A stretch of 64,000 nucleotides of DNA from an uncultured Actinomycetes bacterium (GTDB lineage Bacteria > Actinomycetota > Actinomycetes > Streptosporangiales > Streptosporangiaceae): contig CAVYJW010000003.1 of NCBI GenBank assembly GCA_963768945.1, forward strand, positions 849,586 through 913,585. Reading direction: 5' to 3'. The position numbers and the translations under genes were made by a program. This document shows, piece by piece, positions 37,383 to 46,330 of this stretch. Under the pieces are notes generated by a model. That model saw nothing but the letters and a program-made list of their open reading frames with translations, did not search any database and was not told where the DNA came from. Every line of letters begins with the position of its first letter. The stretch's first letter is position 1.

Positions 37383-37832
37383 ATGGGATACGACATGGTC
37401 CGGGGTTCCAGGAATGAGCATCTCGAGGTGAGTACCGCCGAGCGGGGACTGGCTGCCTTGATCGAGGTGGCGGAGCGGGCCGTTGAGAAGATCGGCTCGT
37501 CCGTGCCCCCTGCCCAGCTGCGCGCGCTGCTGATCATCGACCGGGCCGGGAGCCTCAACCTCAACCGGCTGGCGACCCAGGTGGGTGCCTCCGCGTCGGC
37601 CACCAGCAGGCTGTGCGACCGGATGGAAGTCGCCGGACTGCTCACCCGGGACCGCGCGGAAGAAAGCCGCCGGGAAATCGTGCTGCTGCTGACCGAGTCC
37701 GGCCGGCGCCTGGCCGGATGGGTGCGGGACCAGCGGCGGGCGGCCCTGGCCGAGATGCTCCAGGCCATGACGCCGGGCGGCCGCGACGCCCTGGTGCGCG
37801 GGCTCGGCGAGGTGGCCGCCGACGCCGGCTGA
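37383..37832 (+). CDS. MarR family transcriptional regulator
   Basis: LRALLIIDRAGSLNLNRLATQVGASASATSRLCDRMEVAGLLTRDRAEESRREIVLLLT. Start at 37383 or 37395. Confidence 0.7.
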   Translation: MGYDMVRGSRNEHLEVSTAERGLAALIEVAERAVEKIGSSVPPAQLRALLIIDRAGSLNLNRLATQVGASASATSRLCDRMEVAGLLTRDRAEESRREIVLLLTESGRRLAGWVRDQRRAALAEMLQAMTPGGRDALVRGLGEVAADAG

Positions 37833-38055
37833 GTTATTCCACATGTAAACATTTGCGTTACGCGACATGGTCGTGAGAAGCTTGCACCATGGAAATACTT
37901 GCCGCAGGTGAGGCAGCTGCGGCGTATCCGCCCCGGACCATGGGCGGCCCGCTGACGCTGCTGCGAGCGAGCTTGAACAGCTCGACGACGAGGAACTGCT
38001 GCACGAGATCCGGTCCTACCCGCCTACCAGCCCGCGCCGGGAAGGGGCGTGTGAG

Positions 38056-38757
38056 GTGCTGGTGGCCCGGTACCGGGGACTGGTCCGGGCCTGCGCGAAC
38101 CGCTACCGGCGCAGCCCGGAGCCGACCGAGGACCTGATCCAGGTGGGCTACGTGGGCCTGCTCAAGGCGATCAACAACTTCGACCCCGGCGTCGGCCGGA
38201 ACCTGGCCGCCTACGCCCAGCCGTGCATCACCGGGGAGATCAAGCGCTACTTCCGGGACAAGCGGTGGCAGGTGCATATCGAGCGCCCGGTCCAGGAGCG
38301 GCTGCTGGCGCTGCGCGAGACGGCCCGCGAGCTTACCCAGCAGCTGGGCCGCGCGCCCAGCGACGCCGAACTCGCCGGCGACCTGGGTGTCACCGAAGCC
38401 GAGGTGCGGGAGGCGCGTGGCGCCGACATGATCCTGCAGCCGGCCTCGCTCGACGCGCCGCTGTCCGGGCAGCCCGACACGGCCAGCCTGGCCGACCTGC
38501 TCGGTGGCGACGATCCGCAGATGGAGCACACGCTGTCCATGGAGGCGCTCGCCGTGCACTGGGACGAGCTGCCCCGGCGGGAGCAGCGGATCCTGCTGAT
38601 GCGCTTCTACGGGGATATGACCCAGGCGGAGATCGGCCGGACCCTGGGCATCTCGCAGATGCATGTGTCGCGGCTGCTCGCCCACGCGCTCACGTTCCTC
38701 CGGCTGCGCATCGCGGGCGCGCCGGACGCCGTGGAAGGCGCGCTCGCCCCGACCTGA
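38056..38757 (+). CDS. SigB/SigF/SigG-subfamily RNA polymerase sigma factor; true N-terminus probably further upstream
   Basis: Region 2 (EDLIQVGYVGLLKAINNFDP, ITGEIKRYFRDKRW), region 3, and region 4 (LLMRFYGDMTQAEIGRTLGISQMHVSRLL). GTG 38056 is the first canonical start in this frame. The in-frame upstream sequence (ELEQLDDEELLHEIRS...GACEV) also looks coding. Confidence 0.8.
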   Translation: MLVARYRGLVRACANRYRRSPEPTEDLIQVGYVGLLKAINNFDPGVGRNLAAYAQPCITGEIKRYFRDKRWQVHIERPVQERLLALRETARELTQQLGRAPSDAELAGDLGVTEAEVREARGADMILQPASLDAPLSGQPDTASLADLLGGDDPQMEHTLSMEALAVHWDELPRREQRILLMRFYGDMTQAEIGRTLGISQMHVSRLLAHALTFLRLRIAGAPDAVEGALAPT

Positions 38758-38896
38758 GACACGGCACCACGGACCCCGGACCGCGGACCGATTGCCCGTG
38801 TCACGGCTTCCCTGCCGCGGGGCGCCGCACGCTGTGAAAACGGAGGATTCCCGCGTCAGGCGCCACTATCGTGTCGCGGAACAGGGAGCCAAGAAG

Positions 38897-38924
38897 CCGC
38901 TAGCCTCGGATACGAGGCTAGCGG
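38897..38924 (+). other. 12-bp perfect GC-rich hairpin with GATA loop
   Basis: CCGCTAGCCTCG (38897-38908), GATA, CGAGGCTAGCGG (38913-38924), followed by TCTGTCATT. Confidence 0.6.
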
Positions 38925-38958
38925 TCTGTCATTAAGAGGCTGGCGGTCTGTCATTAAG
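38914..38958. repeat. 22-bp tandem duplication (GAGGCTRGCGGTCTGTCATTAAG x2, one mismatch)
   Basis: Copy 1 is 38914-38936 and copy 2 is 38936-38958. Copy 1 overlaps the 3' arm of the hairpin. Copy 2 ends in the AAGGAG Shine-Dalgarno. Confidence 0.9.
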
Positions 38959-38963
38959 GAGCG

Positions 38964-40268
38964 TTGGTTGAGGTTTCGTCCCGCAGGCGCGCGGTGAGCA
39001 TGCCGACCCGGACCGGCGGGCCCGCTTCGCGCGGGCCGGCCAGCCCCCCGCCGGCCAGCCCCCCGCAGGAGAGCAGCGGCCTGGATCGCGCGCGCCTGGC
39101 ATGGCTGGGCGACCCGGACACGATCCTCCTGGTGGAGGACGACGCCGGCGACGTCCTGCTGGTGGAGGAGATGCTCGCCGACAGCGGGATGCAGGCCTCG
39201 CTGACCGCGGTGCGCTCGCTCGCCGAGGCCACGGGCCTGCTCAGCGCGGGGACGGTGCCCGGCTGCGTCCTGCTCGACCTCCACCTGCCCGATGTGCAGG
39301 GGCTGGAGGCGGTCACCCAGATACTCGCCGCCGCCCCGGGCGCACCGGTGGTGGTGCTGACCGGCCTGGCCGAGGAGAGCGCCGGGCTCGCCGCGGTTGC
39401 CGCAGGTGCCCAGGACTACCTGATCAAGGGCCAGGCGCCCCCGGACGTCTTCGGCCGGGCGATCCGTTACGCCACCCAGCGCAAGCACGTGGAACAGGCC
39501 TCGGCGGCACTGCAGCGCAGCGCGCTGCGGGCGGCGGAGAACGCCCGGCTGGAGCGAGCGCTGCTGCCCACCCCGCTGCTCCGCACCGGGGCGTTCGAGA
39601 TGGTCGCCCGCTACCGGCCCGGCCGGGCTAATGCGCTGCTCGGAGGCGACTTCTACGACGTGGTCGAGACGTCGGACGGCATCGTGCACGCGGTCATCGG
39701 GGACGTCTGCGGGCACGGTGCGGCGGAGGCCGCGATCGGGGTCTGCCTGCGGGTGGCCTGGCGGTCCCTGGTCCTGGCGGGCGCGACCCCGGCGGCGCTG
39801 ATAGGCCTGCTCGAGCAGCTGCTGATGGCCGAGCGGGAGGACGATCACCTCTTCGCCACCCTTACCCATCTCGTCTTCGGACTGGACCAGCGCAGCGTCC
39901 GCGTGCTGCGGGCGGGCCATCCGGGGCTGCTGCTGCGCACGCCGGGACACGTGGAGCTCGTCGAGGGGCCGGCCGGGCCCGCGGTGGGCCTGGAGTCCGG
40001 CGTGTCCTGGCCGGAGCAGGACCTGCCGCTGCCCCCGGACGCGGGCCTGGTGCTGTTCACCGACGGGCTGTTCGAGGGCCGGGTGGGCCCGGGCAGCCAG
40101 CGGCTGGGCGAGGAAGGGCTGCTGGCCATGGCCCGCGACCTGGCTGGGCTGTCCCCGTCAGGTTTCGTGGATAACCTGCTGGACACGACCGAGGCCGCAG
40201 CCACCCCCTACGGCGGACTGGCCGACGACGTCGCCATCGTTCATCTCGGCTGGAAGGCAACGCAGTGA
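38964..40268 (+). CDS. response-regulator receiver fused to a PP2C (SpoIIE/RsbU-type) phosphatase
   Basis: Receiver domain: [10 protein letters not shown]...LLDLHLPD...DYLIKG. PP2C domain: GGDFYD, GDVCGHG, LFTDGL. Start is uncertain (TTG 38964 lies only 2 nt after the SD; alternatives GTG 38994 and ATG 39000). Confidence 0.85.
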   Translation: MVEVSSRRRAVSMPTRTGGPASRGPASPPPASPPQESSGLDRARLAWLGDPDTILLVEDDAGDVLLVEEMLADSGMQASLTAVRSLAEATGLLSAGTVPGCVLLDLHLPDVQGLEAVTQILAAAPGAPVVVLTGLAEESAGLAAVAAGAQDYLIKGQAPPDVFGRAIRYATQRKHVEQASAALQRSALRAAENARLERALLPTPLLRTGAFEMVARYRPGRANALLGGDFYDVVETSDGIVHAVIGDVCGHGAAEAAIGVCLRVAWRSLVLAGATPAALIGLLEQLLMAEREDDHLFATLTHLVFGLDQRSVRVLRAGHPGLLLRTPGHVELVEGPAGPAVGLESGVSWPEQDLPLPPDAGLVLFTDGLFEGRVGPGSQRLGEEGLLAMARDLAGLSPSGFVDNLLDTTEAAATPYGGLADDVAIVHLGWKATQ

Positions 40269-42004
40269 GCGCATCCGGAATGGCGGAGCGGTCGCCCCGG
40301 ATCCGCGAGCTCACCGTCCAGGGCTGGTTCCGGCTGGTGTTCGCGGTGCTTGGGCTGCTGGTCGTGGTGGCGGCCCTCGCCGTGGTGGCGCTGACCGCCC
40401 GGACCCGGAACATCTCCAACGAGCTCTCCGGCTCGATCCTGCCAGCACAAGCCCAGGCGTACCGGCTGCAGGGAGGCCTGGTTGACCAGGAAACCGGCGT
40501 GCGCGGCTATGGCATCACCGGTGACCCGCGGTTCCTCCAGCCGTACACGGCCGGGCGAGCCACCGAGCGGGCCGCCGCCGCCGAGCTGCGCACCGAAATC
40601 GGCCGCACCCAGCCCCTCGGGGGGGACCTGGCCCGCCTCGAGCGGGCCGCGGACGGCTGGCGGGCCGCCTACGCCCTTCCGCTGATCAGCCGGGCCCGGA
40701 GCGGCCCGCTGAACGGCAAGGACCTGACGCTCCTGAATCACAGCAAGAGCGCCTTCGATCACCTCCGGGCGCTATTCGCGGCCCAGAACACGCATCTGGC
40801 CTCGGTCTCGGCCGCTGACCGGGCCTCCCTCGCCCGGGCCCGCAACTTCCAGGACGGGGTCTACGGGGTCATCCTGGGCACGTTCCTGCTCGCCGCGGCC
40901 GCCCTGGCCGTCCTGCTCGACCGGGCCGTGATCCGCCCGCTGCACCGGCTCCGCGCCGCCTCCGACCTGGTGGCCGAGGGTGACTACAGCCACCACATCC
41001 GGCCCAGCGGCCCGGCGGACCTGTGGGCCATGTCCGCGGCCGTCGAGAGGATGCGCAGCGAGCTGGTCACCGCGCTGGAGACAAGCCGCGCCGCGCAGGC
41101 CGTCGCGGCCCGCCAGGCGGCCGACCTGGATGCCCAGGCCGCTGAGCTGCTGCGGTCCAACGGCGAGCTGGAGCAGTTCGCCTACGTGGCCTCACACGAC
41201 CTGCAGGAACCGCTGCGCAAGGTCGCGTCCTTCTGCCAGCTGCTGGAGAAGCGCTACAGCGACAAGCTCGACGAGCGGGGCCTGAAGTACATCGAGTTCG
41301 CCGTGGACGGCGCGAAGCGGATGCAGATCCTGATCAACGATCTGCTGACCTTCTCACGGGTCGGCCGGGCCGGCGACGTGCGCGTGCTGGTGCCGCTGGA
41401 CCAGCCGCTGGACGCGGCCACCACCGCCCTGTCGGCCGCGATCGAGGAGACCGGGGCGGTCATCGAGCGCTCCGGGCCGCTCCCGGAGGTGATGGGCGAT
41501 CCGACCCTGCTCGGCATGCTGTGGCAGAACCTCATCGGCAACGCCATCAAGTTCCGGGCGGCGGACCGCTCCCCGGAGATCCGGATCACCGCGGACGAGC
41601 AACGGGACGGGGGATGGCAGATCGGCGTGGCCGACAACGGCATCGGTGTCCCGGCCGAGTTCGCCGAGAAGATCTTCATCATCTTCCAGCGGCTGCACGG
41701 GCGGGACTCGTACCCGGGCACCGGGATCGGCCTCGCCCTGTGCAAGCGGATCGTCGAGCAGCACGGCGGCCAGATGTTCCTGGACACCAGCTATTCAGGC
41801 GGGACGCGCATCTACTTCACGCTGCCCGCGCCCCCCACCCCCGCCGGGCTGGCGGGCCGCCCCGGAGTCATCGCCACGCTCACCCTGCCCCCCTCCGGCG
41901 CCAGCGCCCCGGCAGAACCGGGCGACGAGAACCCCGGCATCACCCCCGAAGGGACACCGCATGTGCGACCTGGAACAGATCGAAGTCCTGCTCGTCGAGG
42001 ATGA
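40265..42004 (+). CDS. sensor histidine kinase with CHASE3 plus HAMP plus HisKA/HATPase domains
   Basis: N-terminal TM segment, then a CHASE3-like region ([29 protein letters not shown]). H-box [12 protein letters not shown], then GNAIKF, DNGIG, GTGIGL. GTG 40265 overlaps the upstream stop (GTGA). Confidence 0.85.
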   Translation: MSASGMAERSPRIRELTVQGWFRLVFAVLGLLVVVAALAVVALTARTRNISNELSGSILPAQAQAYRLQGGLVDQETGVRGYGITGDPRFLQPYTAGRATERAAAAELRTEIGRTQPLGGDLARLERAADGWRAAYALPLISRARSGPLNGKDLTLLNHSKSAFDHLRALFAAQNTHLASVSAADRASLARARNFQDGVYGVILGTFLLAAAALAVLLDRAVIRPLHRLRAASDLVAEGDYSHHIRPSGPADLWAMSAAVERMRSELVTALETSRAAQAVAARQAADLDAQAAELLRSNGELEQFAYVASHDLQEPLRKVASFCQLLEKRYSDKLDERGLKYIEFAVDGAKRMQILINDLLTFSRVGRAGDVRVLVPLDQPLDAATTALSAAIEETGAVIERSGPLPEVMGDPTLLGMLWQNLIGNAIKFRAADRSPEIRITADEQRDGGWQIGVADNGIGVPAEFAEKIFIIFQRLHGRDSYPGTGIGLALCKRIVEQHGGQMFLDTSYSGGTRIYFTLPAPPTPAGLAGRPGVIATLTLPPSGASAPAEPGDENPGITPEGTPHVRPGTDRSPARRG

Positions 42005-42398
42005 CGCCGGCGACGAGCTGATGACCCGGGAAGCTTTCGAGGACAACAAGATCCGCAACCGGCTCCACGTGGCGCGGGACGGGGAAGAAGCGCTCGACTT
42101 CCTCTACCGCCGCGGCGCGCACGCCGACGCGCCGTCCGCCGACCTGATCCTGCTCGACCTCAACCTGCCCAAATACGACGGGCGGCAGGTCCTGGAGAAG
42201 ATCAAGTCCGACCCTGAGCTCTCCCACGTGCCGGTGGTCGTCCTGACCACCTCCTCCTCAGAGGAGGACATCCTGCGCAGTTACAGGCTGCACGCCAACG
42301 CCTACGTCACCAAGCCGGTGGACGTGGAGCAGTTCATCGCGGCGGTACGGCAGATCGACGAGTTCTTCGTGTCGGTGGTCAAGCTTCCCCGGCGGTGA
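41961..42398 (+). CDS. single-domain (CheY/Rcp1-like) response regulator
   Basis: [18 protein letters not shown]...LILLDLNLPKYDG...ANAYVTKP. Its 5' end overlaps the kinase 3' end by 44 nt. Confidence 0.8.
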   Translation: MCDLEQIEVLLVEDDAGDELMTREAFEDNKIRNRLHVARDGEEALDFLYRRGAHADAPSADLILLDLNLPKYDGRQVLEKIKSDPELSHVPVVVLTTSSSEEDILRSYRLHANAYVTKPVDVEQFIAAVRQIDEFFVSVVKLPRR

Positions 42399-43551
42399 TC
42401 TCCCGCTTGGCGTTCTCGCCGTCCGCGGTCCCGGCCCGGCCCGCGGCCCCGGCCCCCAGCTCGGCCTGGTCCTCGCCGTTGGAGCGGTTGTGGCCGAACA
42501 TGTCGGCCAGCGCCCGGCGCCTCTGCGCCCAGTCGGAGCCCCGCGGCACCTTGAGCGAGATGTAGGCCGCTATCCCGGTCGGGATGGGCAGCCAGAAGTT
42601 GACCAGCCGCCAGGCCAGCACGCCCAGCGTGGCGACGTTGCGGGTCAGGCCGAAGCTGACCAGCAGTACGGGGGTCACCGAATCGATGACGCCCAGCCCG
42701 GCCGGGGTGATCGGGATGGCGCCGAGCACGTTCGCGATGCCGTACGCGGCGAACAGCCCGACCGGGCTGGCGAAGGCGCCGAATGCGGCGATGAAGCACC
42801 ACAGTGACGCCGCGTCGAGCAGCCAGTTCAGCGACGCCCAGGTCAGCGAGCCGATCATGACCCGCCGGTTGCCGGCCAGGCGGCGCAGCGATTCGTCCGC
42901 CTGGAGCACGATCCTCTCCAGCCGGTCCCCCCCGACGCCGGGGATCTTGTCGCCGACCGTGTGCAGGATGCGCCCCGCCCGCGGTGCGCCGCGGGTAAGC
43001 CCGATGATCAGGACAGCTATCAGGGCCAGCAACACCGCGCCGACGATGGCCACCGTCGCGTAGATGGCCCGGAACCCGGACAGCGGGATGGAGATCACCA
43101 GCGACAGCCAGAGCAGGACGTTGAGCACGATGGTGGAACCCATGCCTTTGGTGGCCATCATCACGCCGACGTCGGTGCCGTCCAGACCCTCCGAAGTGAA
43201 GAGCGAGTAGCCGACGCCCGCGCTGCCGATGGTGCCCGCGGGGATCATGTGTGCCACCGCGGCCGCGGCCAGGTCGATCCGGAACAGCCGGGAGATGCCC
43301 GGCCGGCCCTCAGGGGGCAGCAGTTCGCGGGTCAGCAGCGCATAGCAGAACAGCGAGAGCCCTTCGAGCACCAGCCCGGCGATCATCCAGGGAATGCTCA
43401 CCCGCCCGAGCAGGTACAGGTTCTTGCTCGCCCCGACCAGTTCCGGGATGACCAGGTACTCGATGATCAGGGCCAGGATGAACAGGATCACGATCCGCCG
43501 GATCGGCCGCTTGGCGGCCCGCAGCCAGCTCGCGTGCAGCCAGCGCGGCAC
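42379..43551 (-). CDS. lysylphosphatidylglycerol-synthase TM-region (UPF0104, flippase-like) family membrane protein
   Basis: 8 or more TM segments, with ...AYGIANVLGAIPITPAGLGVIDS..., the family signature as I recall it. Confidence 0.75.
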   Translation of the reverse strand: MPRWLHASWLRAAKRPIRRIVILFILALIIEYLVIPELVGASKNLYLLGRVSIPWMIAGLVLEGLSLFCYALLTRELLPPEGRPGISRLFRIDLAAAAVAHMIPAGTIGSAGVGYSLFTSEGLDGTDVGVMMATKGMGSTIVLNVLLWLSLVISIPLSGFRAIYATVAIVGAVLLALIAVLIIGLTRGAPRAGRILHTVGDKIPGVGGDRLERIVLQADESLRRLAGNRRVMIGSLTWASLNWLLDAASLWCFIAAFGAFASPVGLFAAYGIANVLGAIPITPAGLGVIDSVTPVLLVSFGLTRNVATLGVLAWRLVNFWLPIPTGIAAYISLKVPRGSDWAQRRRALADMFGHNRSNGEDQAELGAGAAGRAGTADGENAKREITAGEA

Positions 43552-43607
43552 CGGGGGAGCGCCCCCGCCCGGCGGCTCGTCCCCCTGTCCCTGGGGCTGC
43601 GGCCCAG

Positions 43608-44702
43608 TCAGCTACGGTCCAGTCTGCGGAAGGTGACTTCGTTCAGCAGGAGGCGGAGCGCCGCCGCGGCGGGGATGGCGACCAGGGCCCCGATGAGGCC
43701 CATCAGCGCCCCGCCGAGCAGGACCGCCACCACCGTCACCACCGCCGGCACCTCCACCGTCCGCCCCATGATCCTTGGCACTATGAGGTAATCCTCCGCC
43801 AGGCGGTACGCGATGTAAAAAGCGAGCGTAGCGACGGCCACCGGGAGTGACACGGTCAGGGCCACCAGAGAGACGATGGCGCCGCCGACGGTGGACCCGA
43901 TCACCGGGACCAGGTCGAGCAGGGCCACCAGCAGGGCCAGCAGCAGCGGATAGGGGACCCCGAAGATCTGCAGCCACGCCCAGGTGCCCGCCCCGGCGAT
44001 CAGCGAGGTCAGGAAGTTGCCCAGCATGTAACCGCCGACCTTGACGAAGATCTCGTCGCCGATCAGGATCACCCGGGACCGCCGCGACTGCGGGGCCAGC
44101 CGGTAGAGGAACAGCTTGATCCGCGGCATCGCGGCCAGGAAGTAGACCACCAGCACGATGACGACCAGCATCGAGCTGGCCGCGCTGAGCACAAGGGCGC
44201 CGGCCCCCAGCACGCCGCCGACCAGCGCGGTGCCCTTGGTGGACAGCAGCCTGGTCAGCCGCTGCTGAATCTGGAACCGCGAGTTCAGCTTTCCGAGCTC
44301 GGAGTTGTGGTCCTTGAGCGTGGTCAGGTAGCGCGGCAGTTCGTGGACCAGGGCGGTGACCTGTGCGGTGAGCGGCGGGATGGCCGAGGCCGCGAACCCG
44401 GCCACGACAGCCGCCACGATGAGCAGGATCACGATCACGGCGGTCCAGCGGGGCAGGCGGCGGCGGGTCAGCCAGTTCACCGCGGGGTCGAGCCCGGCCG
44501 CGATGAACAAGGCCAGGCCGATGAGGACGAGCACGGAGCGGGCCCTGATCAGCAGCTCCACCAGTCCGTAGGTGACCGCCACACCGGCCGCGGCCGCCAT
44601 GCCGACGAAGAAAGGCGACCGCCGGTTCATGGGGCGGCCGAGCCGGCCCAGGCCGCCGGTCTCCTCGGCGATCGCGGCGGCTGCCGCCACCGCCCGCTCC
44701 AT
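43608..44702 (-). CDS. AI-2E family transporter (PerM/UPF0118); probably has a longer, frameshifted low-complexity N-terminus reaching about 45027
   Basis: The TM pattern and LDLVPVIGSTVGGAIV motif are typical of the family. See the findings entry for the N-terminal extension. Confidence 0.8.
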   Translation of the reverse strand: MERAVAAAAAIAEETGGLGRLGRPMNRRSPFFVGMAAAAGVAVTYGLVELLIRARSVLVLIGLALFIAAGLDPAVNWLTRRRLPRWTAVIVILLIVAAVVAGFAASAIPPLTAQVTALVHELPRYLTTLKDHNSELGKLNSRFQIQQRLTRLLSTKGTALVGGVLGAGALVLSAASSMLVVIVLVVYFLAAMPRIKLFLYRLAPQSRRSRVILIGDEIFVKVGGYMLGNFLTSLIAGAGTWAWLQIFGVPYPLLLALLVALLDLVPVIGSTVGGAIVSLVALTVSLPVAVATLAFYIAYRLAEDYLIVPRIMGRTVEVPAVVTVVAVLLGGALMGLIGALVAIPAAAALRLLLNEVTFRRLDRS

Positions 44703-44822
44703 ATGGTCCGGCGGCTCGGCCGGGCGCCCGTCCCCCGCGGGCCTGCCGCCCGCCGCGCTCCCATGGCCCGGATGGCCGGCCGCGAGGTCAGAAGCCGTGC
44801 TGGCCGTGCCTGCGCCGCCCCC

Positions 44823-44858
44823 GCCGTAGCCGCCGTAGCCGCCGTAGCCGCCGTTGCC
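44823..44858. repeat. 9-bp tandem repeat x4 (GCCGTAGCC), encoding (GGY)n on the minus strand
   Basis: Read directly from the sequence. Adjacent 15-bp repeats lie at about 44865-44910. Confidence 0.9.
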
Positions 44859-45330
44859 GCCGGGGCTGCTCCCGGCCCGGCTGGTCCCGGCCCGGCTGCT
44901 CCCGGCTGTGCTCTGCTGACGCAGCGCGTCGTCGGTGGCGAGGGCCGTCGCTGCGGCCGCTCCCCGGCTGGTCCGGGTCGCCGGCGGGGGCGCTGGTGCG
45001 TGGCTGGCCCAGGTCGCCGCGCTTCACGTCGCGCATCCTCCTGAAGGCGCTGCCGGGCTGACCGGAGGCCGGCGGGGGCGGCAGGGCCGTGACGCTCCAA
45101 GCTGCCCTGCTGTGGCCGCTTCACACATACACGGCCGGGGGCAGATACGCGCCGTCCTCTGCCCGGACCAGTCCGCACCAGGCGGTCCAGTGCCCCGGTC
45201 TGTCCGACCTAGGGGGATGGGACGCGTGGGGCGGGTGTTTCCCGTGGAACCCGAGGTCAGACGGGTATGAAGCAGGTTGCCGTGGGTAGAGGCGGGGGCC
45301 CGCGACCGGAGAAGGAGAACCGCACACACT

Positions 45331-46330
45331 ATGACGAGCATCGAGACAGCGCGGGGAGAAGTGGACATGGACGGCCCGCCCCCGTGGCGTGCCACGGCCG
45401 CTGCCTTCGCCGCGGCGGTGGAGTCGGGGCGGCTGGATCTGCCCCTGCCGGGCGGCGGGCGGACCCGGGAGCGCTGGGCCCGGCTGGCCGGCCTGGCCGC
45501 CGAGGATCTGTCCCTGGTCCGGCTGGGCGAGGGGCACGCCGACGCCGTGGCCATCCTGGCCGAGCTGGGCGGGCCGGGGCCCGAGCCGGGCAGCCGGTGG
45601 GGGGTCTGGGCCGCGCAGCCCCCGGGCGGCGGCCTGACCGCGACCCGCGCGGGCCGGGGCTGGCGGCTCACCGGCCTCAAGCAGTACTGCTCGGGCGCGC
45701 GGGCCTGCACCTGCGCGCTGGTCACCGCAGCCGCGCCGGACGGCATCCGGCTGTTCGCGGTGGAAACCGGCGATCTCACGCCGGTGCCAGGCAGCTGGCC
45801 GGCCACCGGGATGGCCGGCAGCGACACCCTCAACGTTGACTTCGACGACGTTCTCGCCGAGGCGGCGGGGCCGCCTGGTGGCTACACCGGCCGGCCGGGC
45901 TTCGCGCACGGCGGCGTGGGCGTGGCGGCGTGCTGGTACGGCGGGGCCCGCGCCGTCGCCGGCACCCTGCTGGGCGCGGCGCGCCGCCGTGACGTGGGCC
46001 CGCACGCCCTGGCTCACCTAGGCGCGGCCGACATCGCGCTGACCAGCGCCCGGGCGGCGCTGGACCAGGCGGCGGACGAGATCGACGCCGACCCCTGCGA
46101 TCTGGGCGGCGGCGGGCCAGTCCGCGCCCTGCGCGTCCGGGCCCAGGTCGAGGCGGCCGCGGCCGAGGTGATGGGGCGCGTCGGCCGGGCGCTGGGGCCG
46201 GCCCCTGGCCCACGACGAGGCGCACGGCCGCCGGGTCGCCGACCTGACCGTGTACCTGCGCCAGCATCACGCCGAACGGGACCTGGCCCAGCTGGGCGCC
46301 GAAGTCGCGGAGCGGGGCGCCGCGTGGTGA
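45331..46330 (+). pseudogene. acyl-CoA dehydrogenase-like protein, frame broken at the C4 run 46202-46205
   Basis: The body (GEGHADAVAILAELG...LKQYCSGA...AACWYGGA) is ACAD-like. After ...RALGPA the adjacent frame gives LAHDEAHGRRVADLTVYLRQHHAERDLAQLGAEVAERGAAW-stop (TGA 46328-46330). Alternative start at 45367. Confidence 0.65.
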
